DNA of 64,000 nt, from the IMG/VR virus record IMGVR_UViG_3300031519_004866. One strand, given 5' to 3'. This DNA comes from a virus. Numbering within the stretch: the stretch's first letter is position 1; each line of letters begins with the position of its first letter. The position numbers and the translations under genes are program-made. Below are positions 38,169 to 48,554 of the stretch, piece after piece. The notes beneath the pieces are model-generated. The model was not told where the DNA came from and did no database searches. It was given only the letters and a program-made list of their open reading frames with translations.

Positions 38169-38853
38169 ATATTTGTTTTGCCTTTTCCATTACATCGTCA
38201 CGAAAGTTAGTTTTAAAACTTTCAAACGCCAGCTGTTGTATAGCATTATGATTAGTAGGTGCATCGACATCAATGCCCATTGTTTCCATTTTAGGAAATA
38301 AGTCTGCTTGTCTATCTTCACTGATATGACTCATTACACTACGTAAGCTAATATTAACATCATTATTATCATATGTAAAGAAGTAATTCATACTTTTTAG
38401 TTTACCGTCTACAATAAAATAACTGCTAGGGTGCATACTGTATTTGTATAATCCTAAGTCTTTGTGTGCTTGAATAATTTCTAACATTTGTATGTCCCAG
38501 TCTGGTAGTACAGATGTATAATCATTTGTATTACAGCCCGCTAATTCCCACATGTCTGGTCCGTCAATTTCTAAATATATTTTACGCCATTCGTAATCTA
38601 CAGTATATGCAGGTATGTGCTGAGGATACTCTTTACGCATTATACTAAGGAATTTTATTTCACGTTCAAACTTTTCATCCATTAAATTAGGATCAACTAC
38701 TTGATTGTGTCCTTTGTGATAGTCAGTATCATTGTAGTACCATTGACAAAACTGTTTCTTGTTATTGTCAACAAGACTGGTGTATATTAAGTTATTGCGG
38801 CAAAGGCCTTTTCCGGGAACGTTGTTGTAGTAATATTCAAAGTTAGTGTTCAT
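38158..38853 (-). CDS. Protein-kinase-like fold protein B
   Basis: F.REI.FL...P.Y.VDY...KIYL, YKYSMHPSSY; paralog of 33178..33891. Confidence 0.5.
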   Translation of the reverse strand: MNTNFEYYYNNVPGKGLCRNNLIYTSLVDNNKKQFCQWYYNDTDYHKGHNQVVDPNLMDEKFEREIKFLSIMRKEYPQHIPAYTVDYEWRKIYLEIDGPDMWELAGCNTNDYTSVLPDWDIQMLEIIQAHKDLGLYKYSMHPSSYFIVDGKLKSMNYFFTYDNNDVNISLRSVMSHISEDRQADLFPKMETMGIDVDAPTNHNAIQQLAFESFKTNFRDDVMEKAKQIYAA

Positions 38854-38858
38854 GCTGT

Positions 38859-38874
38859 TATTTAACGATAAGTA
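38859..38874. promoter_or_regulatory. Back-to-back leaderless late-type promoters in a 26-bp gap
   Basis: Minus TAAATA(38859-64) acagc ATG(38853); plus TAAGTA(38869-74) ttact ATG(38880). Confidence 0.7.
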
Positions 38875-38879
38875 TTACT

Positions 38880-39695
38880 ATGATTAGAGGAATTGGCGGC
38901 AAGCCTTATATTAACTTAGACCCATACTTAGACATCACAGGTTTCAAAAATTTGCATCCGGAGATTGCTAAAGGATTTGCATTAGCAAGAGATTATGCTA
39001 AAGAAGGCACCTGGATGGCCCCTGGTTTTGATTGGAAAGATTCTAGTTACATACTAGATTGGAAACCAATTTATAAAGCCATGGAAGAATACGAAGCATT
39101 GCCTGATGACGATCCTATTAAAGTACAAGGACAACTAATACTTCCTAAAGATTTTGGCGACTACAAACAGCGTAATATTTTTACTCGCTATCTTAAAGCT
39201 ACTATGGGAGCAAATGATCCTTACATTTATTACTTTTTATGGAACGAAGGAGATTGGAATGAGCGTAATGCAGAAAGACAATTAACTGAAGAGTCAAAGT
39301 ATTTTCCGGGTGTAGTTAACTGGGTGCAAAGTATGCAAAATGAAGGTATTATTGATCGTATTGGTAGAGTTATATTTTTCCATTGCGACCATAATGGCAA
39401 AGCATTTGAACACAGAGACTTGGACGCTAATAATGGAGTACACGATGATAAGCAATACAGTCCGCACAATAATGAATTCATACATATACGCTATCGCACA
39501 AAGAGAGGATTTTATATTTGGGATCCCGAGAGTGAAAACAAACAGTACCTCAACTGCAACGCAGCATTTTGGAACGACCAAGATTGGCATGGCGGTGAAA
39601 GTTCTAAAGAAGTAGAATACGGCTTACGTATTGATTGCAAATTTTCAAATGCATTTCGCAAACAGCTAGGTATTGACACACTGGATCATTATTAA
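38880..39695 (+). CDS. 2OG-Fe(II)/cupin oxygenase-like protein
   Basis: EHRD ... WHGG ... R.D. Confidence 0.6.
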   Translation: MIRGIGGKPYINLDPYLDITGFKNLHPEIAKGFALARDYAKEGTWMAPGFDWKDSSYILDWKPIYKAMEEYEALPDDDPIKVQGQLILPKDFGDYKQRNIFTRYLKATMGANDPYIYYFLWNEGDWNERNAERQLTEESKYFPGVVNWVQSMQNEGIIDRIGRVIFFHCDHNGKAFEHRDLDANNGVHDDKQYSPHNNEFIHIRYRTKRGFYIWDPESENKQYLNCNAAFWNDQDWHGGESSKEVEYGLRIDCKFSNAFRKQLGIDTLDHY

Positions 39696-39697
39696 AT

Positions 39698-40198
39698 ATG
39701 GATTGGGTAGGTAACTTTAATAACACACTAGCTCCTGAAATAAATGATCTTGTAATGATCTCAACTGGTCAAGCTCGACCTGGTGATTGGGAACCTATTA
39801 ATGCTGTTGAAGAAGATCTTTGGAAACAAGGCCAAGAAACATTTAACTTTGATAAAGTAATGTGGTATGTATATGAACAGCAAGACTTACAAATTGATCT
39901 AAAGTTTCCTTGGACAACTGGAAACTGTCATTGGTGGATCACTAAACTACTACCTGGGCAAATGATGCCTATGCATACAGATCCACACACTCACGATGAT
40001 GGCACATGCAAACGATATTGGGTACCTTTACAAGATTATATTCCTGGGCATGTTTTTATATACAATGATGTAATGGTATCAGATTACAAAAGAGGTGATG
40101 TGTTTCAATACTCACATTCGCAAGACGAACACGGTGCAGCAAATCTTTCTTTTGTACCAAGGATAGTGCTACAAGTTACTGAGTACACCAATCATTAA
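39698..40198 (+). CDS. 2OG-Fe(II) oxygenase-like protein
   Basis: PGQMMPMHTD ... HGAAN....R. Confidence 0.78.
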   Translation: MDWVGNFNNTLAPEINDLVMISTGQARPGDWEPINAVEEDLWKQGQETFNFDKVMWYVYEQQDLQIDLKFPWTTGNCHWWITKLLPGQMMPMHTDPHTHDDGTCKRYWVPLQDYIPGHVFIYNDVMVSDYKRGDVFQYSHSQDEHGAANLSFVPRIVLQVTEYTNH

Positions 40199-41414
40199 TA
40201 TGCCAAGTAGGGCATTTAAATTCATCAATATTATATACAAGAATATCTTTTGCAGTCCCATATAAGTTATAAGGTGTAAACGCTTCTGAAGTTCTTGAGC
40301 TAAAGTTTATTTGTGCGTCTGGCATTTCTTGCTTTAAATAATTGATTAAATGGTTCTCTTTTTGCAGTTTATACTTAATGTTGTATAGTGTATTAGTGCC
40401 TTCATAGCAAAAAATGTTGCTTATGTTGTACAATGTATACTTTATGTAACGTTTTTCCAGGTAATCACATATATTAACATGCTCTCCTAGTAAATCCCAT
40501 TTAACAAATTTGTATGTTACGTTAGGCAAACGTTCAACATTTTCTTTCCAGTAAGCTAAACTGCTTTCATTGTAATCATAAAGTACAACAGTTACAGGCT
40601 TAGTTTTGTGTATCCATGATTTATACATTTCACCACTTGCTGGAGCAACTACTTGTCTTAGATTTTCGTAAATCCTATTATGATGTTCAGTGTGATCTGT
40701 ATGTATATGCTCGGTCCTGCAAAAATTATCTTTGTAATATACATACTCCAACTGCTTGTAAAAGTCAGTAGGACTTTCAGGATAAAGATGTTTTTTATTG
40801 TTTCTAATATCTTCAGGAAATGCTTTAACATGAAACCCTTTTTTTAATGCAACACTAATAATATTCCATCCGTGACATTTATGATTGTATTTGGTGTTTC
40901 CAGACGGCGTATCTAGTTTAATCCAATGAGGAGTATAGCTGTCATGAAAGTTATTAGTTGAACGTTGTACTGCTAGTTGTGTGTGCTGCTCACCAAGTTG
41001 CTGTTGTCCAATTTTTGGACACCCTAGGTCTTTATAGTTTGTTAGGTTAACCAAAAAACACTGTTGGTGCAGTTCGTAATATGCATCGCCTCTATCCAAA
41101 ATATGCCCTTTAACTAGATAGTCAGGTTGGCATTCTTTGAGCAGCGCATCTATTGCTGTTGTGCCATTAGTAAATTCAGTACCCGTAGACAGCATACAAG
41201 CGTGTTTAAAGCGTTTCATTGCTTCCTGTAGTAGTAAGTCCCCACTTGTGCCTTGCAGCACTGTATAGCCCTTAGAGAAGAGGTTCTGTAGTGTAAAGTC
41301 AGCTTGGTTCTTAGTAAGCTCTTTGATCCACGGATCAGTTATTTTGGTAGTTGTATCCAAAATACAAAATACTAGTTCGTTGTCGCCATTAGGATTATAT
41401 TCAACTATGTTCAT
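40176..41414 (-). CDS. Hypothetical protein (412 aa)
   Basis: Long coupled ORF; GHILDR...YELH.QCF motif; no family recognised. Confidence 0.8.
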   Translation of the reverse strand: MNIVEYNPNGDNELVFCILDTTTKITDPWIKELTKNQADFTLQNLFSKGYTVLQGTSGDLLLQEAMKRFKHACMLSTGTEFTNGTTAIDALLKECQPDYLVKGHILDRGDAYYELHQQCFLVNLTNYKDLGCPKIGQQQLGEQHTQLAVQRSTNNFHDSYTPHWIKLDTPSGNTKYNHKCHGWNIISVALKKGFHVKAFPEDIRNNKKHLYPESPTDFYKQLEYVYYKDNFCRTEHIHTDHTEHHNRIYENLRQVVAPASGEMYKSWIHKTKPVTVVLYDYNESSLAYWKENVERLPNVTYKFVKWDLLGEHVNICDYLEKRYIKYTLYNISNIFCYEGTNTLYNIKYKLQKENHLINYLKQEMPDAQINFSSRTSEAFTPYNLYGTAKDILVYNIDEFKCPTWHINDWCTQ

Positions 41415-42132
41415 GCTGTTTTCGATAACTCCTTGCTACAAGCTCTGCAAAATCTTTTTTACTCTTTCCTGGAATGCCATGCGATATTAAATGTATCCTT
41501 GATTGATTAGATGGATTAATAACACTATGATAATTTCTAATGTTTATAATAAATGCTTTGCCTTCTTCAAAGGGAACACAGCCATATCCTTCGAGAGTCA
41601 TTACACAATCCTTAGGGTGTATAATTGCTATGTTAATAGGAACCCCAAACTCTAATATATCTAAGTTATCTTCTCCAGGTAATTTACCAGGTGCGTCACT
41701 ATGTGGGCTAATATAACCTTTTGGCTCTATCTGCATAAGTCGTATTCTTCGATAAGTTTCATATGGAAACTGTTGCCAAAAACTTTTTATACTTGGGGTG
41801 GATTCACTTAGCGTAGTCCATTTGTAAGGAACATCTTCTTCACGCTCATACCCATAATTTGTCCATGCACCTGTCTTGTCAACATCGATGCCATGAATGC
41901 AGGCACTATTCCAGCCTGGGTGATCATTTCCTCTATGGTTATAGAATCTAGCATGTTGCACATCTAACTTCCATGAGTCTATAGGAATATCAATGTCTAA
42001 TTCTAGCCAACCAAAGGCGGCCTCGTTTAACAACCAATGTGCTAGTTCTACATCATTGCTGCAATTGGCAGGTGCCGCAGGCATTTTCCATGTACAATTT
42101 TTATTCTTTTCGTAGAAATTTACAGCATTCAT
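41401..42132 (-). CDS. Asp/Asn beta-hydroxylase-like 2OG-Fe(II) oxygenase
   Basis: R.RLM..EP.GYI.PHSD ... HSV.N.S...RIH. Confidence 0.82.
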   Translation of the reverse strand: MNAVNFYEKNKNCTWKMPAAPANCSNDVELAHWLLNEAAFGWLELDIDIPIDSWKLDVQHARFYNHRGNDHPGWNSACIHGIDVDKTGAWTNYGYEREEDVPYKWTTLSESTPSIKSFWQQFPYETYRRIRLMQIEPKGYISPHSDAPGKLPGEDNLDILEFGVPINIAIIHPKDCVMTLEGYGCVPFEEGKAFIINIRNYHSVINPSNQSRIHLISHGIPGKSKKDFAELVARSYRKQHEHS

Positions 42133-42137
42133 ATAGT

Positions 42138-42166
42138 TACTTATGTGCGTAGTTAACTTATAAATA
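42138..42166. promoter_or_regulatory. Back-to-back leaderless late-type promoters
   Basis: Minus TAAGTA(42138-43) actat ATG(42132); plus exact T4 late box TATAAATA(42159-66) gtaat ATG(42172). Confidence 0.75.
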
Positions 42167-42171
42167 GTAAT

Positions 42172-43140
42172 ATGGATAATAGATTAAGCCTGCCTGATAA
42201 TGAATTCGGCCAAGCAGCAGTATGCATTATCATAAACAATACTTGTAATCTTACATGTAATGAATGTGGTACATTGCAAAATTATAACTTTGCAGGAGTA
42301 ATGTCTTGGAAGGAAGAAAAGCATCTTTATGAAGAATGGGCTAAGAAAGCAAACTTCCCAGATATTGACATACTAGGAGGAGAGCCATATCTTAATCCTG
42401 AACTACTAGATTGGGCGTTAGGTATTAAAACCCTATGGCCAGAGAGCCGAGTGAGTGTTGTAACTAACGGAACACTATTAGGATTGAAAAAGAATGTCGA
42501 AGCAACTCGTACATTTTTAGAAGCAGGTGTGTGTTTAAATTTATCAGGCCATGCTCAAAAAGATGTTCCTAAATTTAAAATGTTCATTGATAAAATTCTA
42601 GAACCATTCGGCGACAGAGCTCAAAGGATAAATCCAGATTATGATGATCCACACGGAATTGAACATCTAGATATGTGGCAGATTGATGGACAGTATGCTA
42701 TTGGACACACTCTTGTAGATAAGATGTTTCCTAATTATATAAAAGAAGTAAAAGATAACACAATAATTTTAGATGATGGCGATAGAGAAAAGAGCCACGA
42801 TGCGTGTATATACGGACAACACTGTCATACGCTACAACGAGGCAAACTATTTAAATGTCCTCTAGTGTTAAACTATGACGAATTAAAAACACAAACATAC
42901 TACGAAGAAAGAGCATATCCATTATTAGAAGATTATAAAGCGTTAACAGTGGATCAAGACAAAGAAACAATGCAAGACTTTTTTAACAATATAGGAAAGT
43001 CAATTCCAGCATGTTCTTTGTGTGCTATGCATAAAAAACCAGATCCAAAAAAACTTTCAGTTGATGTAAAATTTGATAAAAACAGAAAGAAAGCATTCAA
43101 AGGAGTAGATCTTGTCAAAGTTAAAAATCTCACATCTTGA
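42172..43140 (+). CDS. Radical SAM protein 8
   Basis: CNLTCNEC, ILGGEP, TNG, C...C..L..G.LFKC, C.LC. Confidence 0.9.
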   Translation: MDNRLSLPDNEFGQAAVCIIINNTCNLTCNECGTLQNYNFAGVMSWKEEKHLYEEWAKKANFPDIDILGGEPYLNPELLDWALGIKTLWPESRVSVVTNGTLLGLKKNVEATRTFLEAGVCLNLSGHAQKDVPKFKMFIDKILEPFGDRAQRINPDYDDPHGIEHLDMWQIDGQYAIGHTLVDKMFPNYIKEVKDNTIILDDGDREKSHDACIYGQHCHTLQRGKLFKCPLVLNYDELKTQTYYEERAYPLLEDYKALTVDQDKETMQDFFNNIGKSIPACSLCAMHKKPDPKKLSVDVKFDKNRKKAFKGVDLVKVKNLTS

Positions 43141-43948
43141 GTGGCACGTAGCTCACTCATGTAATCTTACATGTGTAGGGTGTGGGCATTTTAGTAATCA
43201 TAGACATACAGGTATAGTAAAATATGACGAATTAGAATCTTGGTACAAGAGTTGGGCTCATAGACTTGATCCGAAAACAATTGACATACTAGGAGGAGAG
43301 CCTCTACTAAACAAAGACATTTATAACATTCTTTTCTTAACAAGAAAGTATTGGCCAGACTGTGAAAATTTAAATTTACAAACTAATGGCTTTTTGCTTT
43401 ACAAGTATCCTGACTTACCTAAAGTGCTAGAAGAAACTAATATATCTATTAGCCTTAGTAAGCACAGTACTAAAGAAGCATATATGAAAAAGTTTACGCC
43501 TGCAGAAGAATTACTATTACAATGGAAAAAAGATTATAATATTAAAGCAGAAGTTTCCCCATGCCATACATATTGGTTTGAAATATATAAAGGGTATGGA
43601 AACAACATGATGCCCTATGAAGATAATGATGCACAGAAAAGTTGGGATAATTGTATTACCGGACAAGATTGTTTCCAACTACTAGATAACGAAATATACA
43701 AATGTTCGCCACTAGCATATCTTCCGTTTCAAAAGAAATTATACAACTTATCTCCTAAGTGGGATCCCTATTTAAAGTATAAGCCAATAACAGCAGATTG
43801 CACAGATCAAGATCTAGCAGAGTTTTTTGCTAGAGGATGTGAAAGTTTTTGCTCAATGTGTCCTACTAATCCAAAGCGTATGGATCAACAAGGTGATCCA
43901 ACAACACCAAGATCACACTACGAAAACATAAAAATTCAACAGGTATAA
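43112..43948 (+). CDS. Radical SAM protein 9
   Basis: CNLTCVGC, ILGGEPLL, TNG, C...C.QL....YKC, C.MCP; tandem paralog of protein 8. Confidence 0.9.
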   Translation: MSKLKISHLEWHVAHSCNLTCVGCGHFSNHRHTGIVKYDELESWYKSWAHRLDPKTIDILGGEPLLNKDIYNILFLTRKYWPDCENLNLQTNGFLLYKYPDLPKVLEETNISISLSKHSTKEAYMKKFTPAEELLLQWKKDYNIKAEVSPCHTYWFEIYKGYGNNMMPYEDNDAQKSWDNCITGQDCFQLLDNEIYKCSPLAYLPFQKKLYNLSPKWDPYLKYKPITADCTDQDLAEFFARGCESFCSMCPTNPKRMDQQGDPTTPRSHYENIKIQQV

Positions 43949-43949
43949 T

Positions 43950-44885
43950 ATGCAAAAGTTTCCATACGATAAAAAACATTTACCATTTGGACATTCAGGA
44001 GCAGTCCTCGATCAAGAAGTAATGAACTTTTTGAACATGATACCTCTTAGATTCACAGAACACATGTATGATGTAAATGTAACTGAAGAATATTTAGAAA
44101 GATATCATGCTTGGATTAGAATGTCAGCTCTAAATTTAATAGCAGGGCTAGATGATTTTCCTTACAAATGTTACTCTCATGGTACTACTGAATCATTTGA
44201 TAAGTTTTACATGAAGCACAAAGATAGAAGATTTAGATGCTTTAGAGGTGAATATCTATATCATCAGTTAGCATGGCGTGATAAATTTAATTGGTTGTAT
44301 GCCGATGATGATTGCTTAGATGCTAATGACGCACTAGTTATTAGTTTACCTTTTAGTAATACAGGAAACAAACACAAGTTACACGAAGCAGCATTAAATG
44401 AATGCGATAGACTAGGTATACCTGTTTTACTTGACTGTTGTTACTTTGGTATATCGTCTGCTATAGAATTTAATTTTAAGCATGAATGTATAACTGATAT
44501 TGTTTTTAGTTTATCAAAAACATTTCCAGTAGCACATGCAAGAATAGGTATGCGTTTAAGCAAATACGATGACGATGATACTTTGTTTGTTTATAACAAA
44601 AACAGTTACGTGAATAGACTAGGTGCTTATATAGGTTTACAGTTAATGGAAAATTACAGTCCTGACTTTATCTACAAAAAGTATAAATCACAACAATTAG
44701 AATTTTGTAAACATCTGGATGTTGAGCCTAGCAGTACTGTGTTGTTTGGTATTGCGCCTCAAGATAAGTATGTTGAATACAATAGAGGCAGCGGCAGTCC
44801 TGATGCTGAACTAAACAGGCTTAGTTTTCATAAATTTTTATCTATGTCAGTTGAGGAGTTTGCACAGTGCATAAAGCAAGAGTAG
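43950..44885 (+). CDS. PLP-dependent fold-type I enzyme (aminotransferase-like)
   Basis: SLPFS, LDCCY, FSLSKTF.....RIG (PLP lysine). Confidence 0.78.
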   Translation: MQKFPYDKKHLPFGHSGAVLDQEVMNFLNMIPLRFTEHMYDVNVTEEYLERYHAWIRMSALNLIAGLDDFPYKCYSHGTTESFDKFYMKHKDRRFRCFRGEYLYHQLAWRDKFNWLYADDDCLDANDALVISLPFSNTGNKHKLHEAALNECDRLGIPVLLDCCYFGISSAIEFNFKHECITDIVFSLSKTFPVAHARIGMRLSKYDDDDTLFVYNKNSYVNRLGAYIGLQLMENYSPDFIYKKYKSQQLEFCKHLDVEPSSTVLFGIAPQDKYVEYNRGSGSPDAELNRLSFHKFLSMSVEEFAQCIKQE

Positions 44886-46054
44886 TTAATATTGAATGGA
44901 CTGCTGATAATAACAGATGGAATCTTGATAAAACGGTATTCAGCGAATTAAAACTAAAGTGGATATTCAAAGAATTTAAACAAGCAGCCAAAGACGGATG
45001 TAATACTGTTATTGCAGTAATGATGATCGATGGTGTTCTAAACCCAGAGCCAGATATTTGGCCAGGTGAAGTTGCTAGAATGAAAGAACGTTGTACAAAA
45101 CTAGGAATAGAAAAACTAGTGTTTGTTTCGGGTCATGGCGGTTACGAATATATAGTACCTTTAGCATTTGATAAAATATATGCTATTGATTACACACTCC
45201 AATTTACTTATAAGTCTTACGAAGATAGAATTACCAAAAACAAACTAACTGAATATAATCCACATGCAGATAAATTTCTATTTCTTGGCGGCGTGCCATC
45301 GAGGATGAATCGTATAGGATTGCTTTACAAGTATTATAAACTTGGAATGTTAGACTACAATGCTATTTGGACATTCTTTGTTCCATGGACAGAAAGTGAA
45401 CGCAAAGTGTGCAAGGATTTAATGCACATGTTAACAGACGAAGATCTAACCAAGTTTTACAATTTTGCCAAAAGAAGAATAGGCGATGAGTACGAACATG
45501 CTAAACAGTTTTTTGCAGATAACACAAGTGACTGGCATGATGTTGGAGAAACTGATTGGGCTAGAGCACCTGCACTGATTAACAGTAGTATATTTCCAGA
45601 AACGTGTTTAAGCATTATTAGTGAAGGTCCTAACTATTGGGATCACAATGCAAACAATTCTTTTGTAACAGAAAAGTTTTGGAGAGCAGCATTTCACAAA
45701 CATCCGTTCTTGTTTGCGGGCGACTTAGATCAATTTAAATATATGGAAACTCTTGGGTTCCGAACCTTTGCAGAATATATGACTATACCAGAGTATGCAT
45801 ACCTTGAAACAGAGGAGCAACGTCTTGATGCAATTGTAACCAATACAGCAGACTTTTTAAAACTTCAGAAGCCACAAAAATTAATTGATGATATAGAACA
45901 CAACTATCAATTAGCAAAGCGTTATGTTGATAAGCAACATTTACTTCTTGATCATCTAGTTGATCATTATGGGGCACCAAGAAATGAAGTAAATTATTAT
46001 CTTAATCAAACAGGATATACTAATCTAGTACAGAGGCCGCCATCGTATGAGTAA
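44867..46054 (+). CDS. Putative glycosyltransferase (GT-B, GT10-like C-terminus)
   Basis: FLFLGG...R, SIISEG, FVTEK.W, PF...G....L..LGF.TF. Confidence 0.5.
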   Translation: MHKARVVNIEWTADNNRWNLDKTVFSELKLKWIFKEFKQAAKDGCNTVIAVMMIDGVLNPEPDIWPGEVARMKERCTKLGIEKLVFVSGHGGYEYIVPLAFDKIYAIDYTLQFTYKSYEDRITKNKLTEYNPHADKFLFLGGVPSRMNRIGLLYKYYKLGMLDYNAIWTFFVPWTESERKVCKDLMHMLTDEDLTKFYNFAKRRIGDEYEHAKQFFADNTSDWHDVGETDWARAPALINSSIFPETCLSIISEGPNYWDHNANNSFVTEKFWRAAFHKHPFLFAGDLDQFKYMETLGFRTFAEYMTIPEYAYLETEEQRLDAIVTNTADFLKLQKPQKLIDDIEHNYQLAKRYVDKQHLLLDHLVDHYGAPRNEVNYYLNQTGYTNLVQRPPSYE

Positions 46055-46961
46055 ATGTGCAGCATTTTATAAGCATACTAATGTGCGTAGCGGAAATAGA
46101 ATATTTCCTTGTTGTCGCTATAAAGAACCTATAGCTGTGTTCGACGGTAATTTAAACAGGGTACTTGACTTACCAGAGATGCAAAAGTTAAGAGAAACAC
46201 CTGTTGAAGATAACCCTAATTGTGCAAAATGTGTACACGAAGAGTCGTTAGGAAAAAACAGTTTGCGTGAACGCTTTAATGCTGAGTATAACACACAAGA
46301 AGTAAAATTAGAATATTTAGAAATAGGGTTTGATAATATTTGTAATGCAGCCTGTGATGGGTGTTATCCAGAGTTTAGCAGCGAGTGGGGTAAGATACTA
46401 GACCCAAACAAAAAGAATCATATTGTAAGCAGTGACGAAATAACTTCTATTCCAGATACTGTAACAAAGATATTATTCTTAGGAGGCGAACCATTAATGA
46501 CTAACAGACACAGACGCCTATTAGAAATGGTAACCGACCTAAGTAACATGACAGTAATATACAACACCAATGGTACATTTATGTTAGACAAAGAAACTAT
46601 AATACAACTTGAAAAATGTAAAAGTGTTGAATTTATTCTAAGTCTTGATGGCTATGGTGAGCTAAATGAGCGTGTAAGAAAAAACTGTAAATGGAGTAAG
46701 ATAGAACGCTTTATTGATCAAGTAAAGATATGTGGTTATAAATTAAGTGTAAACACTGTACTCCACAAAAATAACTATCACGGACTTGTTGATTTAGAAA
46801 ACTATATTAACAGTTTAAAAGATGTTGAATGGTCAGTAAACATACTTACATTCCCTCAAACATTAGATGTTAATACGGTTGAAAATAAACAAGCAGTAAT
46901 AGATAGTATAGTGAAAACAAATATAGCAAACAAGGAAGCACTTATTAAACATGTTACATGA
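46047..46961 (+). CDS. Radical SAM protein 10 (N-terminal Twitch-like domain)
   Basis: C....PCC...C.KC then CNAACDGC, FLGGEP, YNTNG, SLDG. Confidence 0.9.
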   Translation: MSKCAAFYKHTNVRSGNRIFPCCRYKEPIAVFDGNLNRVLDLPEMQKLRETPVEDNPNCAKCVHEESLGKNSLRERFNAEYNTQEVKLEYLEIGFDNICNAACDGCYPEFSSEWGKILDPNKKNHIVSSDEITSIPDTVTKILFLGGEPLMTNRHRRLLEMVTDLSNMTVIYNTNGTFMLDKETIIQLEKCKSVEFILSLDGYGELNERVRKNCKWSKIERFIDQVKICGYKLSVNTVLHKNNYHGLVDLENYINSLKDVEWSVNILTFPQTLDVNTVENKQAVIDSIVKTNIANKEALIKHVT

Positions 46962-47502
46962 TATTAGATTATACGCTGACTATGACAAGTTTTTACAAGT
47001 AGTAGAAGCAGCAAAGACTGCTATACCAAATAAGTTTTGTATTGTAGAACATCTAGTTAATGTAACAGAATATGATGACAGCCCTGACTTGACAGATATA
47101 CACCCAAAAGATAGAAATAACGTAGACTTCCGTGTCTGTATATTTTATCCAGACAAAGATAATACAATACCAAGACTAAAACCTGTGTGCGATATACTTG
47201 AAAATATGCAAGGAGTTGAACGTGCTGCAATTATCAACATAGGTCCTAAGTCTATTATGCCAAAGCACATTGATGATATGGAAAGACCTTTATACGAAGA
47301 AACTCCATTCTATAATGTGTTTACAGGTTTTCAAATTCCACAAGGAGATTTAGGTGTTAAAGTTGGAGAAGATTTAGCAGACGTTAGCAACCCGATAGTT
47401 TTTAATGCACAAATACCACACGAAGCATGGAATCAAACTTCGCAAGACTGGTTATCTTTACTGATATATATTAATAACGATACATTTAAAAAGGAACAAT
47501 AA
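46951..47502 (+). CDS. Asp/Asn beta-hydroxylase-like oxygenase
   Basis: P.S.MPKHID ... F....PHEAWN. Confidence 0.72.
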   Translation: MLHDIRLYADYDKFLQVVEAAKTAIPNKFCIVEHLVNVTEYDDSPDLTDIHPKDRNNVDFRVCIFYPDKDNTIPRLKPVCDILENMQGVERAAIINIGPKSIMPKHIDDMERPLYEETPFYNVFTGFQIPQGDLGVKVGEDLADVSNPIVFNAQIPHEAWNQTSQDWLSLLIYINNDTFKKEQ

Positions 47503-48554
47503 TGAAAGTATCTACTCACAACCATTGGGATCCCTTAGAAGAGATAGTAGTTGGAATAGCTGACCATGCTAGAGTACCAACTGTAGATCGTAGCACTATG
47601 AGCATGAGCTACACTAATCATCCTATGGATTTGATTAAACCTTTAGAGGGTGAATATCCTAAATGGCTTATTGATGAAGCAAATGAAGATCTACAAGGGT
47701 TAAGTGATGTACTATCTAAAGCAGGTATAAAAGTACACAGACCTATTCCAATTGATCACAGCAAAGAATTTAGTACTCCTGAATGGAAAACTACAGGATG
47801 GTATACATGGTGTCCTAGAGATTTACTATTGCCTATGGATAACTTAGTTATTGAAACTCCTAGTGCTTGTCGTGCAAGACAGTACGAAACTAGAGCATAC
47901 AGAGATATTATGTTAGAAGCAATTGCCGACGGTGTTGAATGGATTGCTGCGCCTAAACCAACCCTACCGGATGAAGGCTATCAGTTTGATGACATTGAGG
48001 GTAAACCCAGTTTGTTAAATCTAGAGCCTATCTTTGATGCACCTAACTGTGTACGTCTGGGCAAAGACATATTGTTTCAAATTAGCAACACAGGAAACCA
48101 TTGGGGATTAAAATGGTTGCAAAATGTACTAGAGCACAGAGGGTATCGTATACACCCTGCAGAACACATTTATAGTTACGGACACTTTGACAGCACAATA
48201 GTACCTCTACGTCCTGGATTAGTATTATTAAACAGTTCAAGAGTAACCGCAGAAAACTGTCCTAAAGTATTTGAGAAATGGGATAAAATTTGGTTTGATG
48301 ATTGTGTTGCCCAAGGCAGCAAAATTCCAGGAGGAGTTGCACCATGCAGTCCTTACATTGGTATGAACATTTTAAGTATTGATCATAATACAGTTGTTGT
48401 AGACGATACGCAAGAACCTCTAATGCGTGAGTTAGACAAGCACGGTATTACTAGTGTACCTGTACGCTTTAGACATGCTATGACTTTAAGTGGTGGGTTG
48501 CATTGTGCAACACTTGATTTAAAACGTAAAGGCGTATTGGAGGATTATACATAA
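47502..48554 (+). CDS. L-arginine amidinotransferase (StrB1/GAT family)
   Basis: HN.WDPLEE, CPRD, FDA, HFDST..PLRPG, GG.HC.T catalytic Cys/His/Asp. Confidence 0.92.
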   Translation: MKVSTHNHWDPLEEIVVGIADHARVPTVDRSTMSMSYTNHPMDLIKPLEGEYPKWLIDEANEDLQGLSDVLSKAGIKVHRPIPIDHSKEFSTPEWKTTGWYTWCPRDLLLPMDNLVIETPSACRARQYETRAYRDIMLEAIADGVEWIAAPKPTLPDEGYQFDDIEGKPSLLNLEPIFDAPNCVRLGKDILFQISNTGNHWGLKWLQNVLEHRGYRIHPAEHIYSYGHFDSTIVPLRPGLVLLNSSRVTAENCPKVFEKWDKIWFDDCVAQGSKIPGGVAPCSPYIGMNILSIDHNTVVVDDTQEPLMRELDKHGITSVPVRFRHAMTLSGGLHCATLDLKRKGVLEDYT

